Positions 48,069 through 58,506 are shown, numbered from the stretch's first letter. The stretch is DNA of 64,000 nucleotides from an uncultured SAR86 cluster bacterium (GCA_964276235.1 CAXYEK010000004.1:5228-69227), one strand, 5' to 3'. Program-made: numbers and translations. Notes: generated by a model not told the origin, from the letters alone.

Positions 48069-48928
48069 AAAATAGATTAACTATTGCAATTCAAAAGAAT
48101 GGAAGGCTTTCCGATCAAAGCAAAGATTTAATTAAGAAATCAGGTATAAATTTTACTGCTAAGGGAGATAAGTTGTTGTCCAAATCAAGCAACCTTCCAA
48201 TAGATATTTTATTTGTAAGAGACGACGACATACCATCACTTGTTTCAAATGGAGATGCCGACTTAGCTATAGTGGGAGAAAATGTACTTATAGAAAAAAC
48301 TTTATTTAAAAAAAACTATATAGATAAAATATTTAAGTTAGGTTTTTCAAAATGTCGATTATCTTTTGCTGCCCCTCAGGCTTCAAAAATGAAAAATGTT
48401 AAAAATAAAAAAATAGCTACTTCTTACCCTAATATTGTTAAAAAATATTTACAGGATAAAAATATTAAAGCTTCTATAATAAATATACATGGATCGGTTG
48501 AACTGACACCATACATAGGAATGTCAGACTGTATCTGTGATTTAGTATCGTCAGGTTCAACACTTGAGGCCAATAATTTAAAAGAAATAGAAGTGATTCT
48601 AGAATCACAAGCAGTTCTAATAAAAAACAAAAACATAAGTGTCAGTAAACAAAAAATTGCTGATAAAGTTATCAGCAGAATGCAGGGTGTTGTTGATGCA
48701 ATAGAAAGTAAATATGTAATGTTAAATGCTGATGCATCAAAAGTTAAAGAAATTTGTAAGTTACTTCCAGGCTCTGAATCACCAACGATAATTCCTCTAG
48801 AAAATAATCAAAAAGTAGCGATACATGCCTTATGTCAAGAACCTATTTTTTGGGAAACTATGGAAAAACTTAAATCGAATGGAGCTTCCTCTATATTGGT
48901 AATGCCTGTCGAAAAGATACTAAATTAA
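48065..48928 (+). CDS. hisG: ATP phosphoribosyltransferase, long form
   Basis: 287 aa. RLTIAIQKNGRLS, DLVSSGSTLEAN and the C-terminal regulatory domain are present. Confidence 0.93.
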   Translation: MKNRLTIAIQKNGRLSDQSKDLIKKSGINFTAKGDKLLSKSSNLPIDILFVRDDDIPSLVSNGDADLAIVGENVLIEKTLFKKNYIDKIFKLGFSKCRLSFAAPQASKMKNVKNKKIATSYPNIVKKYLQDKNIKASIINIHGSVELTPYIGMSDCICDLVSSGSTLEANNLKEIEVILESQAVLIKNKNISVSKQKIADKVISRMQGVVDAIESKYVMLNADASKVKEICKLLPGSESPTIIPLENNQKVAIHALCQEPIFWETMEKLKSNGASSILVMPVEKILN

Positions 48929-50803
48929 ATGAAAGAAATAGTTCTCAAGAAAAAACTACCTATCTTAGAATTTGAAGAATCTAAAATGTCTTCAAAAAAT
49001 ATTGCAACCTTAAAAAAATTTAAATCAATAGTTATAGAAAGTGGCGATGATGGATTGAAAGAAATTTCAAAGATTCTTAATGAGAAAGTTATTAATAAAT
49101 TAAAAGTAACTAAACCTGAATTCAAAAGTGCAGATAAGTTATTAAATGATGATCTTAAGAACGCTATATTAGTAGCTAGTTCGAATATAAGAAAATATCA
49201 TGAGAAACAGCTAGATGGGTTATCAATTAAAAATATAGAAACCACAAAAGGAGTTAACTTATGGTCTGAATTCAAACCTATTGATGTAATTGGCCTATAT
49301 ATTCCTGGTGGAACTGCACCTTTATTTAGTTCTCTTCTCATGCAAGCCATACCAGCTATTATTGCTGGCTGTAAAAATATTATTATATGCACTCCACCTA
49401 ATAAAGATGGAAATATAGATCCAACAATTTTATGGGTAGCTAACTTGTTAAATATAAAAAAAGTTTTTAAAGTTGGTGGCTCTCAAGCTATTTTTGCTAT
49501 GGCCTATGGAACAAAATCTATACCTAAGTGTCTAAAAATCTTTGGGCCAGGAAATCAATATGTTACTGAAGCAAAAATTATGGTTAACAAAGATGTATCA
49601 ATTGATATGCCAGCCGGACCAAGTGAAGTTTATGTTGTCTCAGACGATATATCTAAAATTGATATAATTGCGTCAGACTTATTATCTCAACTCGAACATA
49701 GCATCGATGCTAAAGCCGTTCTAATTTCTAAGAATAATACTCTTATCAAGAATATTTCAGATGAAATTAATCTTCAAAGTAAATTGTTAACAAGACAAGA
49801 TATTTTAAAACAAAGTCTTAATAATATTTATTTAGTCAATGCAAAAAATGATCAATTGATAATAGATTTTATAAATAATAATGCGCCTGAACACTTAATT
49901 CTTTTAGATGATGACTTTTCAAAAATTATTCCTCATATCAATAATGCTGGATCTGTTTTTTGTGGGAAATACTCACCAGAATCATTTGGTGACTATGCTT
50001 CAGGATCAAATCATACGTTACCTACAGCAGGAGCAGCAAAAACCTATTCTGGGCTATCAGTTAAGGATTTTGGTAAAATTATTACATTCCAAACAGCTAC
50101 ATCAGAGGGATTTATAAATTTAGCACAGACTGTAAAAACTTTAGCTGATGCAGAAACTCTTGATGCTCACACTAAGGCAGTAAGTGTTCGAGAGAAATAT
50201 GCTTTACAAGATATATCTCAATTATCTAGAACATCATTTATTAAAAGAACTACAAATGAAACAGATATATTTATTAATTTAAATATTGATGGATCTGGTA
50301 ACTACAATATCGATACTGGGCTTAAGTACTTTGATCATATGCTTGAGCAATTTGCAAAGCATGGTAGCTTTGACCTTACCATCAATTGCATTGGTGATTT
50401 AGAAATTGATGAACATCATACAATTGAAGATGTTGCAATTGCTCTTGGTGATGCATTTAAAGCCGCACTTGGTGAGAGAAATAAGATTGAAAGATACTCT
50501 TCAAGCGAATCGTTAGTTATGGATGAAACTATATCCAAAGTAAGTATTGATATGTCGTCAAGAAATCTTCTTAAAATGAAAACGTCAAAATTAAGAGAAT
50601 ATGTGGGTGATTTTCCTACAGAAATGTTTGAGCATTTTTTTATATCATTTGTAAATACCCTTAGCTTTACATGCCATATTGAAACAAAGGGATCTAATAG
50701 TCATCATATTGTAGAGGCGACCTTTAAAAGCTTTACAAGAGCCCTTAGTGCTGCTTTACAAAAAAATAATGCTTATGTTGCATCCACTAAAGGAATTCTA
50801 TGA
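48929..50803 (+). CDS. hisD: Fusion protein: histidinol dehydrogenase (HisD) + imidazoleglycerol-phosphate dehydratase (HisB IGPD domain)
   Basis: Single 624-aa frame. Residues ~1-425 are HisD (GLYIPGGTAPLFSS, QLEHS, GDYASGSNHTLPT, ..AETLDAHTKAVSVR). After a ~10-aa linker the IGPD domain follows (RTTNETDI..NIDTGLKYFDHMLEQFAKHG..DEHHTIEDVAIALG..GSNSHHIVEATFKSF). Confidence 0.88.
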   Translation: MKEIVLKKKLPILEFEESKMSSKNIATLKKFKSIVIESGDDGLKEISKILNEKVINKLKVTKPEFKSADKLLNDDLKNAILVASSNIRKYHEKQLDGLSIKNIETTKGVNLWSEFKPIDVIGLYIPGGTAPLFSSLLMQAIPAIIAGCKNIIICTPPNKDGNIDPTILWVANLLNIKKVFKVGGSQAIFAMAYGTKSIPKCLKIFGPGNQYVTEAKIMVNKDVSIDMPAGPSEVYVVSDDISKIDIIASDLLSQLEHSIDAKAVLISKNNTLIKNISDEINLQSKLLTRQDILKQSLNNIYLVNAKNDQLIIDFINNNAPEHLILLDDDFSKIIPHINNAGSVFCGKYSPESFGDYASGSNHTLPTAGAAKTYSGLSVKDFGKIITFQTATSEGFINLAQTVKTLADAETLDAHTKAVSVREKYALQDISQLSRTSFIKRTTNETDIFINLNIDGSGNYNIDTGLKYFDHMLEQFAKHGSFDLTINCIGDLEIDEHHTIEDVAIALGDAFKAALGERNKIERYSSSESLVMDETISKVSIDMSSRNLLKMKTSKLREYVGDFPTEMFEHFFISFVNTLSFTCHIETKGSNSHHIVEATFKSFTRALSAALQKNNAYVASTKGIL

Positions 50804-51376
50804 AAATTGGAATTATAGATTGTGGTGGAGCTAATCTGAATTCTATTTATTACTCTTTTAAAAGAATTGGTATTAACCCTTCAATATCAAGCTCCTTATC
50901 AGAATTAGCTGCAATGGATGCATATGTTCTGCCTGGTGTTGGGTCGGCAGGTATTGTGATGAAAACATTAAAAGAAAAAAACTTAATTAAGTTAATTAAA
51001 GAAACTAATAAGCCAACACTTGGTATATGTATTGGAATGCAGATACTCTTTGATTACTCTGAAGAAGATGATACTAATTGCTTGGGCTTAATCAGTGGTG
51101 TTGTTAAAAAATTTAAGCCAAGCACAGATATTAAAGTTCCACAGATGGGCTGGAATAAGGTTAAGTCAGATATGGAGAGTAATCTTGATGGATATTACTA
51201 TTTTGCTAACAGCTTTTATACAGATAGTAACGAATATGCTCATTGGTTATAGCTATTATGGAAAAAAATTTACTTCAATCGTAAGAAAAAATAATTTTAT
51301 AGGTTGTCAATTTCATCCTGAGAAATCATCTGATGTTGGTGAAAAGTTCATTAAAAATTTTATTAGTTTGATATGA
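50800..51376 (+). pseudogene. hisH: hisH (IGP synthase glutaminase subunit) interrupted by a +1 frameshift near 51232-51245
   Basis: Frame A (50800..51252) carries the catalytic Cys (TLGICIGMQ) and ends ..YYFANSFYTDSNEYAHWL*. Frame B (+1) continues LIGYSYYGKKFTSIVRKNNFIGCQFHPEKS, holding the catalytic His/Glu. Together they make a normal ~190-aa HisH. Confidence 0.85.
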
Positions 51377-52092
51377 AAATAATTCCTGCTATAGATCTAC
51401 TTGATGGTAAGTGTGTTCGATTACTTAAAGGTAACTATTCTAATGTATCAGAATATAACAACAGCCCTACTGAACAAGTATATAAATTTAGAGATGCTGG
51501 TTTTAAATATATTCATATAGTAGATTTAAATGCTGCAAAGTCTGGTGGAGATGAAAATCTTAATTTAATTAAACAAATTGCAAATATTAATGAAATTAAA
51601 GTTCAGGTTGGTGGCGGGATAAGGAATATTAACAAAGTAGAAAAATTATTTACTTATGGGGTTGATAGAATTATTGTTGGGACTGCCGCGATTACTGATA
51701 AAGTTTTTAAAAATGAGCTTAGAGCAAACTTCCCATTAAGGAAAATAATATATGGTTTAGATTTTAATATTATTAATCATAAACCTCTTTTATCTGTTAA
51801 CGGTTGGACAGAAAATACTAATATAAATTTATTTGATTACATTGATGAGAATCATTGGATTGAGAATATATTGGCTACTGACATTTCTTTAGATGGAACA
51901 CTTCAAGGACCTAATACAAGTATTTATAAGCAAATCTTAAAAAATAAAAGACTTAACTTGATTGCTTCTGGGGGTATTGGCTCTATTGAAGACATCAATA
52001 AACTAAAATTAATAAATTGTCATGAATGTGTAGTTGGAAAGGCAATTTATGAAAATAAAATATCTTTAGAGGATCTTAAAATTGCTAACTAA
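51373..52092 (+). CDS. hisA: ProFAR isomerase HisA
   Basis: 239 aa. [25 protein letters not shown] and SGGIGS. Confidence 0.93.
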   Translation: MKIIPAIDLLDGKCVRLLKGNYSNVSEYNNSPTEQVYKFRDAGFKYIHIVDLNAAKSGGDENLNLIKQIANINEIKVQVGGGIRNINKVEKLFTYGVDRIIVGTAAITDKVFKNELRANFPLRKIIYGLDFNIINHKPLLSVNGWTENTNINLFDYIDENHWIENILATDISLDGTLQGPNTSIYKQILKNKRLNLIASGGIGSIEDINKLKLINCHECVVGKAIYENKISLEDLKIAN

Positions 52093-52849
52093 AAGGATTA
52101 TTCCATGTCTAGATGTAAAAAATAATGCAGTTGTTAAAGGTATTAAATTTAAAGGTCATGAAGTTGTAGGATCAATATTAGATCTAGCGATCAGGTATAA
52201 CAATGAAGGTGCTGATGAATTAGTTTTTTATGATATTGGTGCAAGTACATATGATGGTATTGTTTCTAAAGAATGGGTTAAGTCTATTGCTGAAGTTATT
52301 AATATTCCCTTCTGTGTTGCTGGAGGTATTAAAAGTATAAGTGATGCAAAAGATATATTAAATTCTGGTGCTGATAAAGTATCAATAAATAGTCCTGCTT
52401 TAAAAAGACCTAATTTGATAAGAGAGCTCGCAGATGAGTTTGGAAGTCAATGTGTTGTGGTTGGTATAGATTCAAAGTCTGTTGATAATAAATTTATTGT
52501 TTTTTCTCATACTGGTGATGAAAAAACAATAACTAATACTAATTTAGAAACAATGGATTGGATAGATACTATTCAAGAATTAGGTGCAGGTGAAATTGTA
52601 TTAAATTGCATGAATCAAGATGGAGTTAAAAATGGCTATGATATTAATCAAATAAACTTAATGCTTCGTAACTGTGATGTTCCCCTAATTGCTTCTGGCG
52701 GAGCAGGCAATAAATTGCACTTTAAAGATGTTTTAAGTAAAACAGAATCTAGCGGAGCTTTAGCTGCAAGTGTATTTCATAAAAATTTAATAAACATTAA
52801 CGAGTTAAAAGGTTATTTAAAAAATGAATCAATCAAGGTTAGGTATTAA
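52082..52849 (+). CDS. hisF: IGP synthase cyclase subunit HisF
   Basis: 255 aa. (M)[11 protein letters not shown] from a TTG start overlapping hisA, plus CVAGGI, DKVSINS and ASGGAG. Confidence 0.95.
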   Translation: MLTKRIIPCLDVKNNAVVKGIKFKGHEVVGSILDLAIRYNNEGADELVFYDIGASTYDGIVSKEWVKSIAEVINIPFCVAGGIKSISDAKDILNSGADKVSINSPALKRPNLIRELADEFGSQCVVVGIDSKSVDNKFIVFSHTGDEKTITNTNLETMDWIDTIQELGAGEIVLNCMNQDGVKNGYDINQINLMLRNCDVPLIASGGAGNKLHFKDVLSKTESSGALAASVFHKNLININELKGYLKNESIKVRY

Positions 52850-52851
52850 AT

Positions 52852-53454
52852 ATGGATATAAATAAAATTAAATGGAACGACAAAGGTCTTATACCTGCTG
52901 TTGTTCAAGATGCATCATCATTTAATGTTCTAATGCTTGGATATATGAATAATGAATCACTTAGAATAACTCTAAATACTGATGAGGTTACTTTTTATAG
53001 CAGGTCCAAGCAAAGGCTATGGACCAAAGGAGAAACGTCCGGCAACAAGCTAATAGTAAAATCTATAGAATTAGATTGTGATTACGACACTCTATTAGTT
53101 AAGGCTAAACCATTAGGGCCTACATGCCATAAAGATAATTATTCTTGTTTTGAATCTGAATCTAAAAACCCAATTGAAATAATTAATATTTTAGAAGGCT
53201 TGGTTGACAACAGAAAAATAGAAAATCATGAGGGTTCTTATATAAATTCATTGTTGCAAAAAGGAGTAAAAGAAATATCAAAAAAAGTAACTGAGGAAGC
53301 TGGAGAGACTGCAATATCCGCAGTTACCAATGATGGTCGATTGATAGATGAATCAGCAGATTTATTATTTCATTTGATAGTACTTCTTAAGTCTCAAGAA
53401 TTATCAATAAAAGATGTAATGATTGAACTAAGCAAAAGGAATGCTAATCAATAG
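52852..53454 (+). CDS. hisI: Bifunctional phosphoribosyl-AMP cyclohydrolase / phosphoribosyl-ATP pyrophosphatase HisIE
   Basis: 200 aa. The N-half carries GLIPAVVQD..YSRSKQRLWTKGETSGN..DCDYDTLL and the C-half the MazG-like EEAGE..ADLLFHL. Confidence 0.93.
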   Translation: MDINKIKWNDKGLIPAVVQDASSFNVLMLGYMNNESLRITLNTDEVTFYSRSKQRLWTKGETSGNKLIVKSIELDCDYDTLLVKAKPLGPTCHKDNYSCFESESKNPIEIINILEGLVDNRKIENHEGSYINSLLQKGVKEISKKVTEEAGETAISAVTNDGRLIDESADLLFHLIVLLKSQELSIKDVMIELSKRNANQ

Positions 53455-54766
53455 ATTTGATTTCAATGAAATCAATAAGCATTCTTCCTTTATCCTTGTC
53501 ATCTAGGTTAGAGCATTCTTGGTTTTGACAATATTTAGATCTATCTGGTGTTCCACCGCTAGTTCCTCCAGTTGCTACATTGACTAATAGATAAAAATCT
53601 TCATTAAATGGCCAATAATAATTATTAAAAGCTGTTTCATTACTTTTAACTAAAGAAAAATAAGGCTCCGTTTGTGTATCTAAAAAATATTCTATTTTAT
53701 CAGTCTCCCATCTCATAGTTATTGAATGAAATTTATCATAAAAATCCACATCAGCAGGAACTGATTCAATTTTATAAATATAATTAGCATTATCTGATGA
53801 TCCAAAATGAACAGTTGATTGCGTTTCATATGCTTGATGATTTTGCATATGCTCGACTAGATCATTTTCACCATCATTTGGCCATGTTTTTTGACCCTCA
53901 ATAAAACCTTGTGGAAGCATCCAGAACGCTGGCCAATGGCCTGATCCTTCTGGGTGCCTAAAACATACTGTAACTTCTGTGCCAGGAGAAATTATTTTTT
54001 TGCTAGAAGTCATAATCCTTGCAGAAGTATAATCCCATGTATAAGAGCAACTTCCATTTGAACAATAAGGGTCATTAAAGGGATCGGAATCATTGAATAT
54101 AGGTTGTATTTTTAAGAAGCCATCTTCAATAAAGGCATTTTCAGTGGTATTTTTTGTTGAGTCACAATTTTTTGAATACCCATCCCTGCAACTCGTATAA
54201 TATTGAGCTTCTCCATTCCCCCAACCCTGAACAAAATCAGAGTCCCCATTTGGACATCCAGGAGTTATACAAAATCCGTTAGATTCTTGATAGGTAAAAA
54301 TATTGTCATCCAAAATATCTGAAGAAAAATCTTCAATCCAATATGAGGATGAGTTATTTTCAGGAACTACACAATATGATGACTTATCTTCACTGTATAT
54401 ATCTGTTGATACATCATTTGATTCTGAGACTTCTACAGTTACTGTTTTTGAAACAGTATTTTGTGGATCTTCACCTCTGCAAGTTAATACAAAGCTAAAG
54501 GTTTTTACTTCAGATAAAATTAATGTCTGGGTTCCTGATTGAGATTTAATTCCATTCCAGTCACCACTCCCACTGCAACTAATTGTATTAGAAGTGTTCC
54601 ATGATAATTCAACTGAATTACCAACTGTAGTTGAGGATAGAGAGGTTGAAAAATTATTAATAATAGGATTAATTGAAATAGTATCACTAGATTCAGAAGA
54701 TCCACCACCCCCACCACAAGATGATATAAAAAATAAAACAGCGATAATAACAATTGACTTGTTCAT
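53444..54766 (-). CDS. Lipoprotein with GH16-family beta-glucanase (laminarinase-like) domain
   Basis: Lipobox FFISSC followed by a Gly/Ser linker, an N-terminal Ig-like segment, then GHWPAFWMLP and WPNDGENDLVEH (GH16 E-x-D-x-x-E catalytic motif). Confidence 0.8.
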   Translation of the reverse strand: MNKSIVIIAVLFFISSCGGGGGSSESSDTISINPIINNFSTSLSSTTVGNSVELSWNTSNTISCSGSGDWNGIKSQSGTQTLILSEVKTFSFVLTCRGEDPQNTVSKTVTVEVSESNDVSTDIYSEDKSSYCVVPENNSSSYWIEDFSSDILDDNIFTYQESNGFCITPGCPNGDSDFVQGWGNGEAQYYTSCRDGYSKNCDSTKNTTENAFIEDGFLKIQPIFNDSDPFNDPYCSNGSCSYTWDYTSARIMTSSKKIISPGTEVTVCFRHPEGSGHWPAFWMLPQGFIEGQKTWPNDGENDLVEHMQNHQAYETQSTVHFGSSDNANYIYKIESVPADVDFYDKFHSITMRWETDKIEYFLDTQTEPYFSLVKSNETAFNNYYWPFNEDFYLLVNVATGGTSGGTPDRSKYCQNQECSNLDDKDKGRMLIDFIEIKSID

Positions 54767-54787
54767 ATACTTATTTAAAAAAACTTT

Positions 54788-56497
54788 TTAAGAATTATTA
54801 TTTTGTATAAATTCGTTTGTTAAGTCTTTCATTTCATCTCTTAAAAGAAAGAGTGCTATTAAGTTTGGTATAGAAACTAAAGCAACAACTACATAAGCTA
54901 TATTCCAAACTATTGATGTATCGATAACAGCTGCTGATATGAAACATAGAACATAAAAATTACGATACCAAAACACCCCTCTCTCTCCAAAAATATATGC
55001 CGTAGATCTATCTCCGTAATAACACCATGTAATTGCAGTTGAAAATGCAAACAATAATAAAGCTATTGCAACTAGCTTGCCGCCATAGTCACCAAGTATT
55101 CCATTTGAGAAAGCTTTAGCTGTTAATTCAGCTGAACTAACTAATGACTTGCCTTCGAATGATACTGAATCATTTTTCAGTATTTGAGTCTCGTCAACGT
55201 ATGACGCAGAATTAACTTTTCCATTTACTATTTCTAACAATCCATTAAATAAATCTTTATTTGAACCTTTGATGCTAATATTTTCAGCTATAGATCTTAA
55301 GTGAATAACGGTAATATCATTACTTAATATTTTCCCATTTTTGACTTCTAAAGATCCATTGAACTCTTTAACCTTAGAATCAATGTTTTGAACATATTTA
55401 GTTAACTCAGTAATATCATCTGGATAGACAAAACTTTTATCTTCTTTTGTTTCATCACTGTATGTACCATCTAAAATAATCATATCTGTTTTAGAAAAGT
55501 TGGTATCGAACTTTTCAGTCCAAACGCCACTAGATAAAATAACTAAAGCTGTAACAGTACATACAACAATGGTATCTATAAATGGTTCTAAAATTGAAAC
55601 AACTCCTTGATCAATTGATTTATTTTTTGATGATGCGTGAGCTATAGGAGATGATCCTTGACCAGCTTCGTTTGAATATAAGCCTCTTGCTACACCGTAC
55701 TTTAAACTCATTGCAAAACTAGCACCCAAAAACCCACCCATAGCAGCAGAGCCAGTAAAAACCTGACCAAATATAGCATTAAAAGAAGGAATAATATTTT
55801 GATAATTTTCTACAAGAATAATTAAAGCTCCACCAAAATATACCAATCCCATTATAGGAATAATCTTACTTGTAACAGATGCAATTCTCTTTATGCCACC
55901 AATTATTATGATCCATAATAAAATTCCAAGAAATAAACCTGTGAATAGTTTTGGTACAGAAAATTCTGTATTCATTACTAAAGCTATATTATTTATTTGT
56001 GGCATATTCCCAGAACCGATAGCTGTAATCATCATTAAAAAAGCAAAAAGAATACCAGCCCATCTCATATTTAGAGCATGCTCTATGTAATACATAGGGC
56101 CTCCAGATATTGAGCCATCTTCGAGATTGGTTCGATATTTGTGACCTAATGTAACTTCAACAAATTTTGTTGTCATTCCGAATATTGCAGTAATCCACAT
56201 CCAGAAAATAGCAGCTGGACCACCAGTCCAGATAGCTAAAGCAACACCACCAATATTTCCAGTGCCGATAGCACCTGACATTGCAGTTGTTAAAGCCTCA
56301 AAACCGGTTGTTTCTCCTTCCCCATCAGATTTTTTATTACCAGATACAAGTTTCCATGCTTTACCAAAAAATCTAAACTGTGGAAATCCTAGATAAATAG
56401 TAAAAAATATACCAGTACCTATTAGTAATGCTGGGAACCACCATGATCCACTTAAATTGCTATCTAATAATAGTAAGAAGTTATTAAATTGTTCCAT
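54788..56497 (-). CDS. Alanine/glycine:cation symporter (AGCS) family transporter with ~125-aa loop insertion
   Basis: GFEALTTAMSGAIGTGNIGGVA, GGPGA-like GGPAAIFWMW, SNEAGQGSSPIAHA and LFAFSTAITWCYYG are AGCS motifs. At 569 aa it is longer than the ~450-480 aa typical of the family. Confidence 0.88.
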   Translation of the reverse strand: MEQFNNFLLLLDSNLSGSWWFPALLIGTGIFFTIYLGFPQFRFFGKAWKLVSGNKKSDGEGETTGFEALTTAMSGAIGTGNIGGVALAIWTGGPAAIFWMWITAIFGMTTKFVEVTLGHKYRTNLEDGSISGGPMYYIEHALNMRWAGILFAFLMMITAIGSGNMPQINNIALVMNTEFSVPKLFTGLFLGILLWIIIIGGIKRIASVTSKIIPIMGLVYFGGALIILVENYQNIIPSFNAIFGQVFTGSAAMGGFLGASFAMSLKYGVARGLYSNEAGQGSSPIAHASSKNKSIDQGVVSILEPFIDTIVVCTVTALVILSSGVWTEKFDTNFSKTDMIILDGTYSDETKEDKSFVYPDDITELTKYVQNIDSKVKEFNGSLEVKNGKILSNDITVIHLRSIAENISIKGSNKDLFNGLLEIVNGKVNSASYVDETQILKNDSVSFEGKSLVSSAELTAKAFSNGILGDYGGKLVAIALLLFAFSTAITWCYYGDRSTAYIFGERGVFWYRNFYVLCFISAAVIDTSIVWNIAYVVVALVSIPNLIALFLLRDEMKDLTNEFIQNNNS

Positions 56498-56500
56498 AAT

Positions 56501-56728
56501 TTATTCCTTGTTAGTTGACCATTCTTCTAATTCTGTATAACCACCAATACTATCACCATTAATCTTTATTTGTGGAAACGTTCTAGCTGTTGGAAATAAA
56601 TCAAAAAAACCTTCACGAGTAAAATCTTCATCAAGTTGTTTGTATTTATATTCATAACCTTCACGTTCACATAACGCCTTCGCTTTATCACAATAGGGAC
56701 AAAATGTTTTTCCGTATATTTCAATCAT
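56501..56728 (-). CDS. Glutaredoxin
   Basis: 75 aa with C-P-Y-C active site (KTFCPYCDKAK) and TFPQIKINGDSIGGY. Confidence 0.88.
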   Translation of the reverse strand: MIEIYGKTFCPYCDKAKALCEREGYEYKYKQLDEDFTREGFFDLFPTARTFPQIKINGDSIGGYTELEEWSTNKE

Positions 56729-56768
56729 GTTAATATTTAATAATTAGTAATCAATTATAGTCATAAAA

Positions 56769-57536
56769 ATGTCATTATTTAACCTTAAAGATAAATCAAT
56801 TTTAATAACAGGATCATCGAGAGGGATAGGTAAATCTATTGCTCGACACTCTGCCTTGATGGGAGCGAATGTAATCATATCTTCTCGCAAAATAGATGCA
56901 TGTAAATCTGCAGCTAAGGAAATAAATGATGAGGTCGGTAAAGAAGTTGCATTTCCAATTACATGTAATATTGGAGATGAAAATCAACTCAAAAGCCTTG
57001 TAGATGAAACTATAAATTTACTCGGTAAGATTGATACTCTTGTATGCAATGCAGCAACAAACACGTATATGGGTTCAATGCTTGATATGTCTAACGAACA
57101 ATTTGATAAAGTGATTCATAACAATATAAGATCTAATCAAATTTTATGTAACTTATGTTTGCCGCATATGATTGAAAAAGAAGATGGTTCTATTATTATT
57201 GTCTCAAGTATTGCAGCTATCAAAGGGAGTCCAATCCTAGGGGCGTATAATATAAGTAAAGCTGCAGATGTGATGATTGTTAAAAACATTGCTACTGAAT
57301 TTGGCCATAAAAATATTAGAGCTAACTCAATTGCTCCAGGGCTTATTAAGACAGATTTTGCAAAAGCCTTATGGGAGAATCCTGAAATACTTAAATCAGT
57401 TCTAGGCACTACTCCTATGAAAAGAATAGGTGAGCCTCATGAAATTGCAGGAGTAGCTGTAATGCTAGCCTCTGATGCTGGGAATTATATTAATGGTCAA
57501 ACTATTGTAGTTGATGGCGGGACTACAATTGCTTGA
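56769..57536 (+). CDS. Short-chain dehydrogenase/reductase (SDR)
   Basis: TGSSRGIGKS, NAAT and the catalytic YNISKAA (Y-x-x-x-K). 255 aa. Confidence 0.88.
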   Translation: MSLFNLKDKSILITGSSRGIGKSIARHSALMGANVIISSRKIDACKSAAKEINDEVGKEVAFPITCNIGDENQLKSLVDETINLLGKIDTLVCNAATNTYMGSMLDMSNEQFDKVIHNNIRSNQILCNLCLPHMIEKEDGSIIIVSSIAAIKGSPILGAYNISKAADVMIVKNIATEFGHKNIRANSIAPGLIKTDFAKALWENPEILKSVLGTTPMKRIGEPHEIAGVAVMLASDAGNYINGQTIVVDGGTTIA

Positions 57537-58506
57537 TAGATTGTTTTAGCTCACTAAAGAAATAATTAAGAACGTGAGTTTCATTTATAGAGGTTACTTT
57601 ATAAAAATCATATCTAAGCTGATTTAAATCATTAATAATATTTGAAATTTTAAGCTTATTAAATTTTGCGATATTAAAATTTTTATAAGTGCCACCTAAA
57701 TCATTTTGTAAAATTCTAGACATCAAAATAATTTTCAGGAATTCTACAAGAAAGCTAATCTTCTCCATAAAAGATAAATCTAAATCACTGAATAATTTTA
57801 TAGCTTGAGATTGATCGGTCTTATGAATTATAAAATCATCTATTATTGATATAAATTCTTTGTATGCATTTTGATTATCATTTTGAATGTCTTCAATAAT
57901 TTTAAAGGGAGTTGAAAAGCTTGGGAAATCAATTGCGTTAAAGTCACTAATGCCTTCTCTACTTAGCCATTCGTTAGTTTCAGATAGGGTTAAATTCTTA
58001 ATATTTATAACCTGACATCTGCTATAAATTGTTTGATTTAGTGCCTTTGGTCTGTTTGTTGTCATAATAATATATGAATAAGGCGCTGGTTCCTCCAGAG
58101 ATTTTAATAATGCATTTTGTGCACCATCTGTCATTAGGTCTGCATTTAAAATTAATACAACTTTATTTTTTGATATGGAAGGCGTTAAGGTTAAAAAGGA
58201 TACAACATCTTTGAATCCTTTTTCTTCATCCCAGTTTTTACTTTCCTTTCTTCTGCTAATGTCATTAACACCTAATTTATCTTTATCAAGTAAATACATG
58301 TCAGGATGATTATTTTTATCTAATAGTGTTGCATGCTTAGTATTTATATTGGGATTGAAGTTCATCAATATTGTAGAAGCAACTTTTTTTGCAAGTAATG
58401 TCTTACCAATACCGGAAGCACCATTAAAAATTATTCCATGAGGCAAATTATCAAAATTTATTGATTCATAAATATCTTCTAACCAAGGATACTTATCTAG
58501 ATTCAT
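57523..58506 (-). CDS. holB: DNA polymerase III delta-prime subunit
   Basis: 327 aa. GASGIGKTLLAK P-loop-like, LKSLEEP and SRCQ. Position after tmk. Confidence 0.88.
   Translation of the reverse strand: MNLDKYPWLEDIYESINFDNLPHGIIFNGASGIGKTLLAKKVASTILMNFNPNINTKHATLLDKNNHPDMYLLDKDKLGVNDISRRKESKNWDEEKGFKDVVSFLTLTPSISKNKVVLILNADLMTDGAQNALLKSLEEPAPYSYIIMTTNRPKALNQTIYSRCQVINIKNLTLSETNEWLSREGISDFNAIDFPSFSTPFKIIEDIQNDNQNAYKEFISIIDDFIIHKTDQSQAIKLFSDLDLSFMEKISFLVEFLKIILMSRILQNDLGGTYKNFNIAKFNKLKISNIINDLNQLRYDFYKVTSINETHVLNYFFSELKQSIKQL

Noticed and set aside
51095-51376. 93-aa ORF listed as if it were an independent gene
   Set aside because: Only its last ~45 residues are meaningful, being the C-terminal part of HisH (QFHPEKS). 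It is the downstream half of the frameshifted hisH, not a separate gene.
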